Below, piece by piece: positions 14,201 to 27,053 of a stretch of 64,000 nucleotides of DNA (the first letter of the stretch is position 1; each line of letters starts with the position of its first letter). The notes under the pieces were generated by a model that saw nothing but the letters and a program-made list of their open reading frames with translations, did no database searches and was not told the DNA's origin. The stretch lies in the NCBI RefSeq assembly GCF_009914755.1, contig NC_060935.1. The stretch is one strand, 5' to 3'. The stretch is from the human T2T-CHM13v2.0 reference genome, Homo sapiens. A program made the position numbers and the translations under genes.

Positions 14201-17200
14201 GAGTTAAACCTTTCTTTTCATTCAACAGTTTGGAAACACTGTTTTTGTAGAATCTGTGAAGGTATATTTGGGAACTCATTGAGGCCAATGGCAAAAAAGT
14301 GAACATCCCAGGATAAAAACTAGAAGGAAGCTATCTGAGAAACTGTTTTGTGATATGTGCATTCATCTCCCAGAGGTAAAACTTTCTTTTCATTCAACAG
14401 TTTGGAAACACTGTTTTTGCAGAATCTGCGAAGGTATGTTTCGGAGTGCATTTTGGTCTAGTGTGAAAAAGGAAATATTTTCAGATAAAAACTCGAAAGA
14501 ACCTTCCTGAGAAACTGCTTTGTGACGTGTGTTTTCATGTAACAGAGCTAAAACTTTCTTTGGATTCAGCAGTTTGGAAACACAGTTTTTGTCCATTCTG
14601 AAAGTGGAGAATTCTGAGCTCATTGAGGCCAATGGTGAAAAAGTGAATATTCCTGGATAAAAATTAGAAGTAAGGTATCTGAGAAACTGCTGTGTGATGT
14701 GTGCAGTTTTCTCACAGAGTTAAACCTTTATTTGGAATCAGCAGTTTGGAAACCCTGTTTTGGTAGATTCCATGAAGGGATATTTGGGAGCACATTAAGG
14801 CCTACAGTGAAAAAGGAAATATCTTCAGATGAAAACTAAAAAAAAAAAAAATGATTTTTGAGAAAATGCTTTGTGGTGTGTGCATTCATCTGGGAGTTAA
14901 ACTTTTGTTTGGATTGAGCAGTTTGAAAACACTGTTTTTGTCCACTCTGTGAATGGACACTTGGGAGCTCATTGAGGCCAGTGGTGAAAAAGCATATAAT
15001 CCAGGATAAAAAATAGATGGACACTGTCTGAGAAACCACTTTGTGATTTGTGCATTCATCTTGAAGAGTTAAATCTTTCTTTTCATTCAGCAATTTGGAA
15101 ACACTGTTTCAGTAGAGTCTGCGAAGCAATATTTGGTAGCACATTGAGGTCTATGGTGAGAAAAGAAATATCAGATAAATTATAGAAAGAAGATTTCTGA
15201 CAAACTGCTTGGTAATGTGTGCCTTCATTTCACTGAGTTAAACCTTTCTTTGGATTCAGCAGTTAGGAAACACTCTTTTTTCCATCTGTGAATGGACATT
15301 TTGGAGCTCATGATTCCAAAGGCAAAAAACCAAATATCCAAGGATAAAAACTAGAAGGAAGCTATCTGAGAAACCATGGTGTGATGTGAGCATTCATCTT
15401 GCAGAGTTAAACCTTTCTTTTCATTCAGCAGTTTGAAAACACTGTTTTGATAGAGTTTGTGAAGGGATACCTGAGAGCACATTGAGGCCTCGGGTGAAAA
15501 ACGAAATATCTTCAGATAAAAACTAGAGAGAAGATTTCTGAGAAACTTCTTTGTGATGTGTGCATTCATTTCACAGAGTTATACCTTTCCTTGGATTCAA
15601 GAGTTTGGAAACACTGTTTGTGTCCACTCTGTGAATAGACATTTTGGAGCTCATTGAGGCCAATGGCAAAAAAGTGAATATCCCAGGGTAAAAACTTGAA
15701 GGAAGCTATGTAAGAAACCACTTTGTGATATGTGCCTTCGTCTCACAGAGTGAAAACTTTCTTTTCATTCAGCAGTTTGGAAACACTGTTTTGGTAGAAT
15801 CTGTGAAGGGATATTTGGGAGCACTTTGAGACCTAGGTGAAAAAGGAAATGTCTTCAGATAAAAACTAGAAAGAACGTTTCTGAGAAACTGCTTGTTGCT
15901 GTGTGCATTCATCTCATGGTGATAAACCTTTCTTTGGATTCAGCAGTTTAGAAAAACTGTTTTTGTCCTTTCTGCAAATGGACATTTGAGAGCTCCTTGA
16001 GGCCAAAGGCAAAAAAGCAAATATCCCAGGATAAAAACTAGAAGAAATCTGCCTGAGAATCTGCTCTGTGATGTGTGCACTCGTCTCACAGAGTTCAACC
16101 TTACGTTGAATAAAGCAGTTGGAAACACTGTTTTTGTAGAACCAACGAAGAGATATTTTGGAGCTCATTGAGGCCTATGGCAAAAAGGGAATATCCCAGG
16201 ATAAAAACTAGAAGGAAGCTATCTGAGAAACTGCTGTGCAATGTATGCATTCAACTCGCAGAGTGAAAACTTTTCTTTCTTTCAGCAGTTTGGAAACACT
16301 GTTTTTGTAGATTCTGTGAAGGGATATTTGGGAGCGCATTGTGGCCTCTGGTGAAAAAAGAAATATCAACAGATAAAGTCTAGAAAGAAGCTTTCTGTGA
16401 AACTGCTTTCTGATGTGTGCATTAATCTCACAGAGCTAAACCTTTCTTTGGATTCAGCAGTTTGGAAACACTGTTTATTTCAATCTGGGAATGGACATTT
16501 TTGAGCTCATGAGGCCAAAGATGAAAAAACGAATATCCCAGGATAAAAACTAGAAGGAAGCTATCTGAGAAACAGCTTTGAGATGTGTGCATTCATCTTG
16601 CAGAGTTCAACCTTTCTTTTCATTCAGCAGTTTGGAAACACTGTTTTGGTAGAATCTGCAAAGGGATATTTGTGAGCTCATTGAGGCCTATGGTGAAGAA
16701 AGAAATATCATCAGATAAAAATTAGAAAAAAGCCTTATGAGAAACTGCTTTGTGATTTGTGCATTCATCTCACAGAATTAAACATTTCTTTGGATTCAGC
16801 AATTTGGAAATACTGTTTTTGTCCATTGTACTAATGGACATTTCGGAGCTCATTGAGGCCAATGGCGAAAAAGTGAATATCCCAAGATAAAAATTATAAG
16901 GAAGCTATCTGAGAATCCGCTTTCTGATGTGTGCATTCATCTAACAGAGATAAACCTTTCTTTGGATTCAGCAGTTTGGAAACACAGTTTTGTCCATTCT
17001 GCAAATGGGCATTTGGGAGCTTATTGAGGATAAAGGTGAAAACGTGAATATCCCAGGATAAAAACTAGAAGGAAGCTTTCAGAGAAACTGATGTGTGCAT
17101 TTACCTCATAGACTTAAACTTGTCCTTTCACTCAGAAGTCTGGAAACACTGTAATTTGGAAGTTTGGAATCTGTAAAGGGATATTTTCGGTGCTTTGAGA

Positions 17201-20200
17201 CCTGTAGTGAAAAAAGAAATATATTCAGATAAACACTTAAAGAAGCTTTCTGAGAAACTGCTTTGTGATGCGTGCAATCCTTTCACAGACTTCAACCTTT
17301 CTGTGGATTCAGCAGTTTGGAAATACTGCGTTTTTCAATCTGCTAATGGACATTTGCAAGCTCATTGAGGCCATAGGCAAAAAAACTAATATCCCAGGAT
17401 AAAAAAATAGAAGGAAGCTATCTGAGAAACTGCTGTGTGATGTGTGCAGTCATCTCACAGAATAAAACCTTTTTTGGATTCTGCAGTTTGGAAACACAGT
17501 TTTTGTCCATTTAGTGAATGGACATTTGGGATCTCATTGAGACAAAAGGCAAAATAGCAAATAATCCAGGATAAAAAGTAGACGGAAGCTATATGGGAAA
17601 CCACATTGTGATGTGTGCATTCATCTCACGGAGTTAAAGTTTTCTTTTCATACAGCAATTTGGAAATACTGTTTTGGTAGATTCTGTGAAGGGATATTTG
17701 GGAGCACATTGAGGCCTATGGTGAAAAAGAAAATATTTCAGATGAAAACTAGAAAGAAGCTTTCTGAGAAAATGCTTTGTAATATGTGCATTCATGTAAC
17801 AGAGTTAAACCTTTCTTTGGATTCAGCAATTTGGAAACACTGTTTTTATCCATTTTGCAAATGGACATTTGGGAGCTCATTGAGATCAATGGAGAAAAAG
17901 CGAATATCCCAGGATAAAAACTAGAAGGAACCTATCTGAGAAACTGCGGTGTGATGTGTGCATTCACCTCTCAGACTTAAACTTGTCTTTTCACTCAGCA
18001 GTTTGGGAACACTGTTTTTGAGAATCTGCAAAGAGATATTTGGGAGTGCTTTGAAGCCTAGAGTGAAAAATGAAATATCTTCAGATAAAAACTAGAAAGA
18101 ACTTTTCTGAGAAACTTCTCATTGATATGTGCATTCATCTCACAGAGTTAAATCTTTCTTTGGATTCAGCAGTTTAGAAATCCTGTTTTTGTCCATTCTG
18201 CAAATGGACATTTGGGAGCTCATTGAGGCCAATGGCAAAAAAGTGAATATCCCAAGATAAAAACTAAAAGGAAGCTATCTGAGAATCTGCTTTGTGATGT
18301 GTGTATTCATCTCATGAGTTCAACCTTTCTTTTCATTCAGTTGTTTGGAAACACTGTTTTGGTAGAATCTGTGGTGAGATATTTTTGAGGACATCAAGGC
18401 CTGTGGTGAAAAAGCAACTATCTATAGATAAAAACTAGAAATATGCTATTTGAGAAACTGCTTTGTGAAATGTGCTGTCAACTCACAGAGTTAAATATTT
18501 CTTTGGAATCAGCTGTTTGGAAACACTGTTTTGGTAGAATCAGCAAAGAGGTACTTGGGAGCTCACTGTGGCCCCATGTGAAAAAGAAAATATCCCAGGA
18601 TAAAAGTAGAAGGAAGCTATCCGAGAAACCGTTTTGTCATGTGTTCATTTATCTCACAGAGTTAAAACTTTCTTTTAATTCTGTAGTTTGGAAACATTGT
18701 TTCAGTAGAGTCTGTGATGGGATGTTTGGGAGCTCATTGAGGTCTATGGGGAAAAATGAAACATCTTCAGATAAAAACTAGAAAGAAGCTTTCTGAGAAT
18801 CTGCTTTGTGGTGTGTGCATTTATCTCACAGAGTTAAACCTTTCTTTGGAATTATTAGTTTGGAGACACTGTTTTTGTCCCAGAATGGACAATTGGGACC
18901 TCATTGAAGCCATTGGCAAAAAAATAAATAGACCAGGATAAAAAGTAGAAGGAAGGTATTGAAGAAACTGCTTTGTTATCTGTGTATTCATCTCGCTGAG
19001 TTAAATCATTCTTTTCATTCAGCAGTTTGGAAACACTGTTTTGGTAGAATCTGTGAGGGGATATTTGGGAATGCATTGAGGCCTATGGAGAAAAAAAAAA
19101 TCTTCAGAAAAAAACTAGAAGGAAGATTTCTGAGAAACTGCTTTGTGATGTGTGCATTCATCTCACAGAGTTAAAGCTTTCTTTGGATTCAGCAGTTTGG
19201 TAACACTGCTTTTTCCATTCTGCAAATAGACATTTGGGATCTCATTGAGGCCAATGGTGAAATAGCAAATAACCCAGAATAAAAACTAGAGGGAAGCTAT
19301 TTGAGAAAAAGCTTTGTGATCTGTTCATTCATCTCACAGAGTTGAACCTTTCTTTTAATTCAGCAGTTTGGAAACACTGTGTGGTGGAATCTGTGAAGGG
19401 ATATTTCGAAGCACATTGAGGCCTACGTTGAAAAAGAAAGAATCTTCAGATAACAACTAGAAAGAAGCTTTCTGAGAAACTGCTTTGTGATGTGAGCATT
19501 CATCTCACAACAATCAAAGTATCCTTGTATTCAGCAGTTTTGAAACACTGTTTTTGTAGAATCTGAGAAGGGATATTTGGGACCTCATTGAGGCCAAAGC
19601 TGAAAAATCGAATATCTGAGGTTAAATACTAGAAGGAAGCTATCTGAGAAACCACTCTGTGATGTGTGCATTCATTTCACAGCGTGAAACTTTTCTTTTC
19701 ATTCAGCAGTTTCAAAACAATGTTTTTTTAGAATCAGTGAAGGGATATTTTGGAGCACTTTGAGGCCTATGGTGAACAAGGAAGTACCTTCAGATAAAAA
19801 CTAGAAGATGCTTACTGAGAAACTGCTTCGTTATGTGTGCACTAATTTCACAGTGTTAAAACTTTCCTTGGATTAGGCAATATGGGAACACTGTCTTGTA
19901 ATATCTTGGAAGGTATATTTGGGAGGTCATAGAGGCCAATGTTGAAAAAGCAAATATCCCAGGATAAAAACTAGAAGGATGGAAGCTATCTGAGAAACCA
20001 CTTTCTGATGTGTGACTTCATCTCACAGAGTTAAACCTTTCTTTTCCTTCAGCAGTTTGAAAACACTGTTTTCATAGAAGCTACAAAGGGATATTTAGGG
20101 GCTCTTTGAGGCCAAAGGTGAAAAAGTGAATATCCCAGGATAAAAACTAGAAGGAAGCTATCTGAGAAACTGATTTGTTATGTGTGCATTCAACTCGCTG

Positions 20201-22956
20201 AGTTAAACCATTGTTTTCTTTCAGCAGTTTGGAAACACAGTTTTGGTAGAATCTGTGAGGGAATATTTTTTAATGGATTGAAGCCTATGGAGAAAAAGGA
20301 AATAACTTCACATAAAAACTAGAAGGAAACTTTCTGAGAAGCTGCTTTGTGATGTGTGCATTCATCTGACAGAGTTAAAGCTTACTTTGTATTCAGCAGT
20401 TCAGAAACACTGTTTTTGTGCATTCTGCAAATGGATATTTGGGTACTCATTGAGGCCAATGGTGAGAAAAAAGAGAATAGACCAGGATAGAAACCAGAAA
20501 GAAGCAATCTGAGAAAATGTTTTGTGATATGTGCATTCATCTCGCCAAGGTAAACCTTTCTTATCATTCAGCAGTTTGGAAACACGGTTTTGGTAGAACC
20601 TGTGAAGGGATATTTGGGAGCACATTGAGGCCTATGGTGAAGAAAAATATATCTTCAGATAATAACTAGAAAGAAGATTTCAAAGAAATTGCTTTGTGAT
20701 GTATGTATTCATCACACAGAGTTAAACCTTTCTTTGGATTCTGCAGTTTGGAAACACTGTTTTTGTTCATTCTGGAATGGACTTTTGGGAGCTCATTGAG
20801 ACCATTGGTGAAAAAGTGAATGGACCAGGATGAAAACTAGAAGGAAGCTAAATGAGAAACAGCTTTCTAATGTGTGCATTCATCTCACAGAGTTAAATCT
20901 TTCTTTTCATTCAGCCATTTGGAAACACTGTTTTCGTAGAATCTGCAATGGGATATTTGGGAGTGGATAGCAGATAGATATTTATCTGAAGGAAACATCT
21001 TCACATAAAAACTAGAAAGAATATTTCCAAGAAACTGCACTGTGATGTGTGCATTCATCTCACAGAGTTAAACCTTTCTTTGGATTCATCAGTTTGGAAA
21101 CACTGTTTTTGTAGAATCTGCAAATGGATCTTTGGGAGCTCCATGAGGGTAAAGATGAAAAAATTAATATCCCAGGATAAAAAAAAACTATAAGGAGGTT
21201 ACCTGAGAAACCTCTCTTTGATGTGTGCGTTCATCTCACAGAGATAAACCTTTCTTTTCATTCAGCAGTTTGGAAACCCTGTTTTGGTAGAATCTGTGAA
21301 GGGATATTTGGGAGTGCATTGAGGCCTATGGTGAAAAAGGAAATATCTTCAGACAAAAACTAGAAAGAAACTTTCTGAGAAACTGTTTTGTGCTGTGTGC
21401 ATCATCTCACAGAGTTAAACCTTGCATTGGATTCAACAGTTTGCAAACACTGTTTTTGTAACATCTGTGAACGCATCGTTGGGAGCTCATTGAGGCCAAA
21501 GGCAAAAAAGTGAATATCCCAGGATAAAACTAGAAGAAATCTGTCTGAGAAGCAGCTTTGTGATGTTTCCATTCATATTGCAGAGTTAAACCTTTCTTTT
21601 CATTCAACAGTTTGGAAACACTGTTTTGATAAAATCTGTGAAGGGATATTTGGGAGTGCACTGAAGGCTATTGTGAAAAAGGAAAAAATCTTCAGATAAA
21701 CACAAGAAATAAGATTTCTGAGAAACTGCTTCATGATGTGTGTATTCATCTCACAGTGTTCAACTTTTTTTTTGATTCAGCAGTTTGGAAACACTGTTTT
21801 TGTCCCATCTGTGAATGGACATTTGGGAGCTCAATGAGGCCAATGTTGAAAAGGCAAATATCTCAGGATAAAAACTAGAAGAAAGGTATCTGAGAAATCG
21901 CTTTCTGAGGTGTGCATTCATTTTGCAGAGTTAAAACTTTCTTTTCATTCAGCAGTTTGGTAACCTAGCTTTTGCAGAATCTGCAAAGGGATATCTGGCA
22001 GCACATAGAGGCCTATGGTGAAAAGGAAATGTCTTCAGAGAAAAAGTAGAAAGAAGCTTTTGAGAAACCACTTTGTGATGTGTGCATTCATCTCATAGAG
22101 ATAAACCTTCCTTTGGATTCAACTGTTTGGAAACACTGTTTTTTTAGGATCTGTGAAGGGATACTTGGGAGCTCATTGAGGCCAATGGCAAAAAAAAAGT
22201 GAATATCCCAGGATAAAAACTAGAAGAAAGCTATCTGAGAAACAGCTTTGTGATGTGTGCCAGCATCTCACACAGTTATACTTTCTTTTCAATAAGCAGT
22301 TTGGGGCTGGGCCCAGTGGCTCACGCCTGTAATCCCTGCACTTTGGGAGGCCGAGGCCAGTGGACCATGAGATCAGGAGTTCAAGACCATCCTGGCTAAC
22401 ACAGTGAAACCTCGTCTCTACTAAAGATACAAAAAATTAGCTGGACCTGGTGGCGGGTGCCTCTAGTTCCAGCTACTTGGAAGGCTGAGGCAGGAGAATG
22501 GCGTGATTCCCAGGAGGCAGAGCTTAAAGTGAGCCAAGTCCGCACCACTGCACTCCAGCCTGGGTGACGGAGGTAGACTCTGTCTGAAGAAAAAAATAAG
22601 CAGTTTGGAAACCCTGTTTTGGCAGAATCTGTGAAGGGATATTTGTGAGGGCATTGAGGCCTATGGTGAAAAAGGAAATATCTTCAAATAAAAGCTAGAA
22701 AGAAGCTTTCTGAGAAACCACTTTGTGATGTGTGCATTCATCGGACAGAGTTAGACTTTCCTTTGGATTCAGCAGTTTGAAAACACTGTTTTTGTCCATT
22801 CTGCAAATGGACATTTTGGAGTACATTGAGGACAAAGGCAAAAAAGTGGATATCCCAGGATAAAAATTAGAAGTAATCTATCTGAGAAACCACTTTGTGA
22901 TGTGTGCATTCATCTCACAGAGTGAAACCATTCTTTTCATTCAGCAATTTGGAAAC
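8213..22956 (+). repeat. Diverged alpha satellite, block 1 (172-bp monomers, two alternating types)
   Basis: Tandem ~171-172 bp units (gagaaactgctttgtgatgtgtgcattcatctcacagagttaaac...). Box region is pJ-alpha/A-type (ctatggtgaaaaaggaa); no CENP-B box seen. Interrupted by an Alu at 22305. Confidence 0.97.
22305..22594 (+). mobile_element. AluY-like element inserted in alpha satellite
   Basis: Exact 14-bp TSD aataagcagtttgg at 22291-22304 and 22595-22608. Y-type diagnostics accatcctggctaacac and gaatggcgtga. Confidence 0.92.
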
Positions 22957-24017
22957 TGTTGCGGGAAGTCAGGCACCCCGAACAGATGGGCCGGCTGAAG
23001 CCATGGGAGAAGAACACAAATTCTGAATATTTCATGGACATTTATTAGTTCCCCAAATTAATACTTTTATAATTTCTTACACCTGTCTTTACTTCAGTCT
23101 CTGAACGTAAATTGTGATGATTTCATGGACATTTAGTACTTCCCCAATCAATATTCCAGTGATTTCCTATGCCTGTCTTTAGTCTCTTAATCCTGTCATC
23201 TTCATAAGCTGATGATGTATGTCACTTCAGGACCCTGTGATGTTTGTGATAACTTCACTAATTGTTTAAACAATATGAAATCTGGGCATCATGAAAAAAG
23301 AACAGGATAACAGTGATGTTCAGGGAACAAGGGAGATAACCATTAAGTCTGGCTGCCTGAGAGCCATGCAGAACAGAGCCATATTTCTCTTCTTTCAAAA
23401 GCAAGTAGGAGAAAGATCACTGAATTCTTTTCTCAGCAAGGAACAGCCCTGAGAAAAAGAATGCATTCTCAGGGTTACATCTCTAAAATGGCTGCTCTGG
23501 GAATGTCTGTCTTTTACAATTGCTGATAAGGGATGAAATAAGCCCCAGACTCCTGAAGCGCTTTCCTGCCTATTAGGACAACAAAATTCCTGCCTTGTAA
23601 ATTTTTGTCAGATCGGTTGTTTGCTCTCAAACCATGTCTCCTGATAAGATGTTATTAATGACAATGTGTGCACAAAACTTCATTAGCAATTTTAATTTCA
23701 CCCTGGTCCTGTGAGCTTCCCCTGCCTCCATTTGCCTTGCAATATTTTATTACCTTGTGGAGCATGTGATCTCTGTGACTCACACCCTATTCCTACACTC
23801 CTTCCGCTTTGAAAATCACTACTAAAAACTTGCTGGTTTTGGGGCTTGGGTGGCATCAGGGAACCTGTTGAAATGTGAGGTTTCACTCTGATACCAAGCT
23901 TTAAAATTCTCTTTTTTGTTCTCTTTCCCTTTATTTCTCAGACTGGTTTATACTTAGGGAAATAGAAAAGAACCTATGTGAAATACATTGAATTATTGGG
24001 AGCATGTTCACCCGATA
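22957..24017 (+). mobile_element. 5' LTR (MER11-type)
   Basis: Starts tgttgcgggaagtcagg and ends cccgata. Internal tandem duplication of the atttcatggacattta...cctgtcttt unit. Homologous to 31788-32852. Confidence 0.93.
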
Positions 24018-24019
24018 TC

Positions 24020-24037
24020 TGGCACCTCAATGTGGTT
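24020..24037 (+). promoter_or_regulatory. Degenerate tRNA-Lys primer binding site
   Basis: tggcacctcaatgtggtt, 2 nt after the LTR, resembles the Lys PBS TGGCGCCCAACGTGGGGC. Confidence 0.75.
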
Positions 24038-24174
24038 TTTTCTTTTTCCCAAGTGCATGTGGGAACCCAATTCCCTTTGGCAGGTGTGGAAAAACATCAT
24101 CAGTTTGGTCCACAGAAACGCTTGTTCGACTCCCTGATGACTGGTGAGTAGTCTGTGTATGGTCCAGGTTAACC

Positions 24175-26235
24175 ATGGGTCATGCAGAGTCTAACATCAT
24201 GCTTATCTCTGCTATATTAAACTCCTGTTAAAACAGGGTGGTTTCTGAGTAACCATGGAAAATATGGTCACTCTATTCAAGGCAGTAGAAAAACACTGTC
24301 CTTGGTTTCCTGAAAAAGGAACCTTAGATGTAGAACAATGGGATCATGTTGCTGCAATATTCTGGCAACTGGTCTCCACTGGGAATTATGTTCCCATCAC
24401 AGTTTGTGGTAATTGGGCCTTGGTACATACCGTCATGATGACATACCAATCCTGTGAGCCCCTACGGTTACCACAATTTTCTGAATCTGATGACACTCCA
24501 CCTCTTCCTCAACCTTCCCCTCCTACATGGCCTTTGTTATCTAATCAGCCTCTCCCTTTGGCTACTCCTCCCCCACTTGATGATGTTGAGAATTCAATGT
24601 CTACCTCTGGGGACTTTGGATTACAGTCACCCCCTGATTATCTTATTTCTCTTCATGAATAGCCGGTACTTGTAGCCCCCGCAGCCTCGACTCCGACAGC
24701 CCAGGACCATATATATGCTAATTCTTCTCTCTTCAAACCTCCAGAGTCACCTAATGGCTCCAGGAACAAACTACAATTTACTTATAATTCTTCAGGCCCT
24801 CCCTCATCCACTTCAGCCCCTCAACCTCCTGTCATTTTGGTTCCTTATCCAGTCACTTTGCCATCCACGCAGCCTGCTTCTCTGTACCCTTCTTCACACA
24901 TGGACACTCGTAATCACCAGTATACTTATGCTCCTGCTGCCCCAATGCCCCTTTCTCACACTCTCCTTCCAGTCCGACCCCCTCCACCTCAGTTTCCCTC
25001 ATCTACACATGCTTTTCCTGTCACTTCTATGCCAACATCATCTCAGATGCCTACTCTTGAAACTTCAATGCAATGCTTATTATGCCAAAACAAAGAAACG
25101 GGATTAGATGCATGACCTTATCTGGTCATGCTACACCCTTCCAACTTCCCAGAGGTACAAATGCATCATTAGGTACCTCTTAAGCTTATATTTTTAAAAG
25201 AATTTAAGGATGCTTGTACTCAGTATGGTCCTACTTCTCCTTATGTCAAAATGGTATTACAAACTTTGTGTACTGAAGTCATTTTGCTTCCTTTAGACTG
25301 GGGCATTTTGGCAAAAGCTGTTCTAACCCCATCTCAGCATTTACAATTTCGTACCTGGTGGTCAGAAGAGGCCCATTTGCAGGCTCAGCTAAATCAGAAT
25401 AATGACATTCTAATTACTCAGGCTCAGCTCACAGGCTCCGATAGTTTCTCTCATGCTTATGCCCAATTAAACTTTGATGTTCTTATGTATGAGAGCTTGG
25501 GATAAATTAGACACTCCAGGCCAAGCTCCTGTTTCTTTTACCACAGTTAAATAAGGTCACTCTGAATTATACCCTGATTTTTTAGCTAAATTACAAGATG
25601 ATGTTCAAAAACTTGTCTCTGATGAGAGCTCAAGGTATTCTTCGTATGTTAGCTTTTGAAAATGCTAACCATGAGTGTGAAATGGCCTTGAGTTCTGTCC
25701 AAAGACAAAATTTACCTGATCACGAGGTGTTGCCTACATATATTAAAGTTTGTGAAGGCATTGGATCAGACACCACAAACCTATTCTGTGGGTATGGGCC
25801 ATGAAGGATACCAACCAAACTCATCCCACTAATTCTTTCCTTGGAGCCTGCTATAATTGCAGTCAACTTGGTTATACTCGGAAAAATTGCACTGTTAAAA
25901 ACTTTAAAGCAGCTAAGCCAGCTCAACAAACATGGCCAAATTCTGCTGCTACTTTTTGCCCACGATGTTGCAAAGGTAAACATAGGGAAAGTAATTGCAG
26001 CTCTCAGTATGATATAGATGGAAATCCCCTGCCACAACACCAGGAAAATGGGGAGCAGGGCTGGTCCCAGGCCGTGATATCAAATGAGATGCTTCAGACT
26101 CAAAATGATGTTTCATTTCCACTTCAGGCTGTCCCAGTGCAACCCCCAGCACAAACAAATTCACTTACAGCCAACCCAAATGGGTCCCAGCCTCTTCTTT
26201 TGCCTCAGTACAATGCTTGTCCACCTCCATGGTAG
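24175..26235 (+). pseudogene. gag: gag (matrix, capsid, nucleocapsid), disrupted
   Basis: ATG GGT start at 24175; matrix motif CPWFPEKGTLD; capsid motif LAFENANHEC; zinc knuckles CYNCSQLGYTRKNC (H to Y) and CPRCCKGKHRESNC. Many stops and frameshifts. Confidence 0.9.
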
Positions 26236-27053
26236 AGGGTGGGGCGGTTGATATCTGTAGTAGTATTCTTCTAAGTTTACTACCTAACTCTTTGCCGTTA
26301 ATTGTCCCCACAGGGGTCACTCGCCCTTTACCTCAAGGTTTGGTGGGCCTGGTTTTAGGTAGGGCATCCACCTCTGCTAAAGGAATCACAATTCATACTG
26401 GTCTCATTAATTCTGATTCCATTAATGAGATTAAATTAATCACCTGTGCCAAGGTTCCTGTTTCCATTCGGGCCAGTGAGGCAGTTGCTTAATTGCTTTT
26501 ACTACCTAATATCATTTTAAACAAAGCAGATGAGACACGTGACCCTGGGATTGGCTCCAGTGGTGAAAAGGCTGCTTATTAGATTAATATAATTTCTAAA
26601 CCATGGCCCACCTGCACCATACACATTCAAGGAAAAAAGTTTGAAGGCCTAGTAGATACTGGGGCTGATGTTTTTTTTATTTCCTCCAGCTTATGGCCTT
26701 CCTCCTGGCTTAAAAATCCCACTAACACGGAACTACTAGGTGTTGAAAAAGCTGAGGAAGTTTATGAGAGCACATTTATCTTGACTTGCACTGGCCCTGA
26801 TGGTCAAAAGGGTACAATCAATCAGCCTTATATCACTCCAATCCCCATTAATCTTTGGGGTAGAGATGCACTGGCACAATGTGGTGCTGAAATTAATATT
26901 CCACATAAGTCTTATAGTGCTCCCAGTCAGCATATGATGGAAAACATGGGGTTTGTTCCTGGACTCAGTCTCGGTCCAAAACATGAAGCAATTACTAAAC
27001 CTCTTCCAGTTACTGTAAAAGAAAACAGGGCAGGTTTAGGTTATCCTTTTTAA
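26217..27053 (+). pseudogene. pro: pro (dUTPase, aspartic protease, G-patch), disrupted
   Basis: dUTPase-like GLVLGRAS..GI.IHTGLINSD; protease active site GLVDTGADV at about 26646-26672; NLWGRD; G-patch MMENMGFVPGLSLG...RAGLGY. Confidence 0.9.

Noticed and set aside
8213-22956. Regular repeats as a possible CRISPR-like array
   Set aside because: The units are contiguous ~172-bp satellite monomers with no unique spacers and no cas genes, in a primate context.
24011-24017. LTRs ending in GATA rather than canonical CA
   Set aside because: Both LTRs share it and, as I recall, it is a MER11 family trait rather than a locus-specific novelty.
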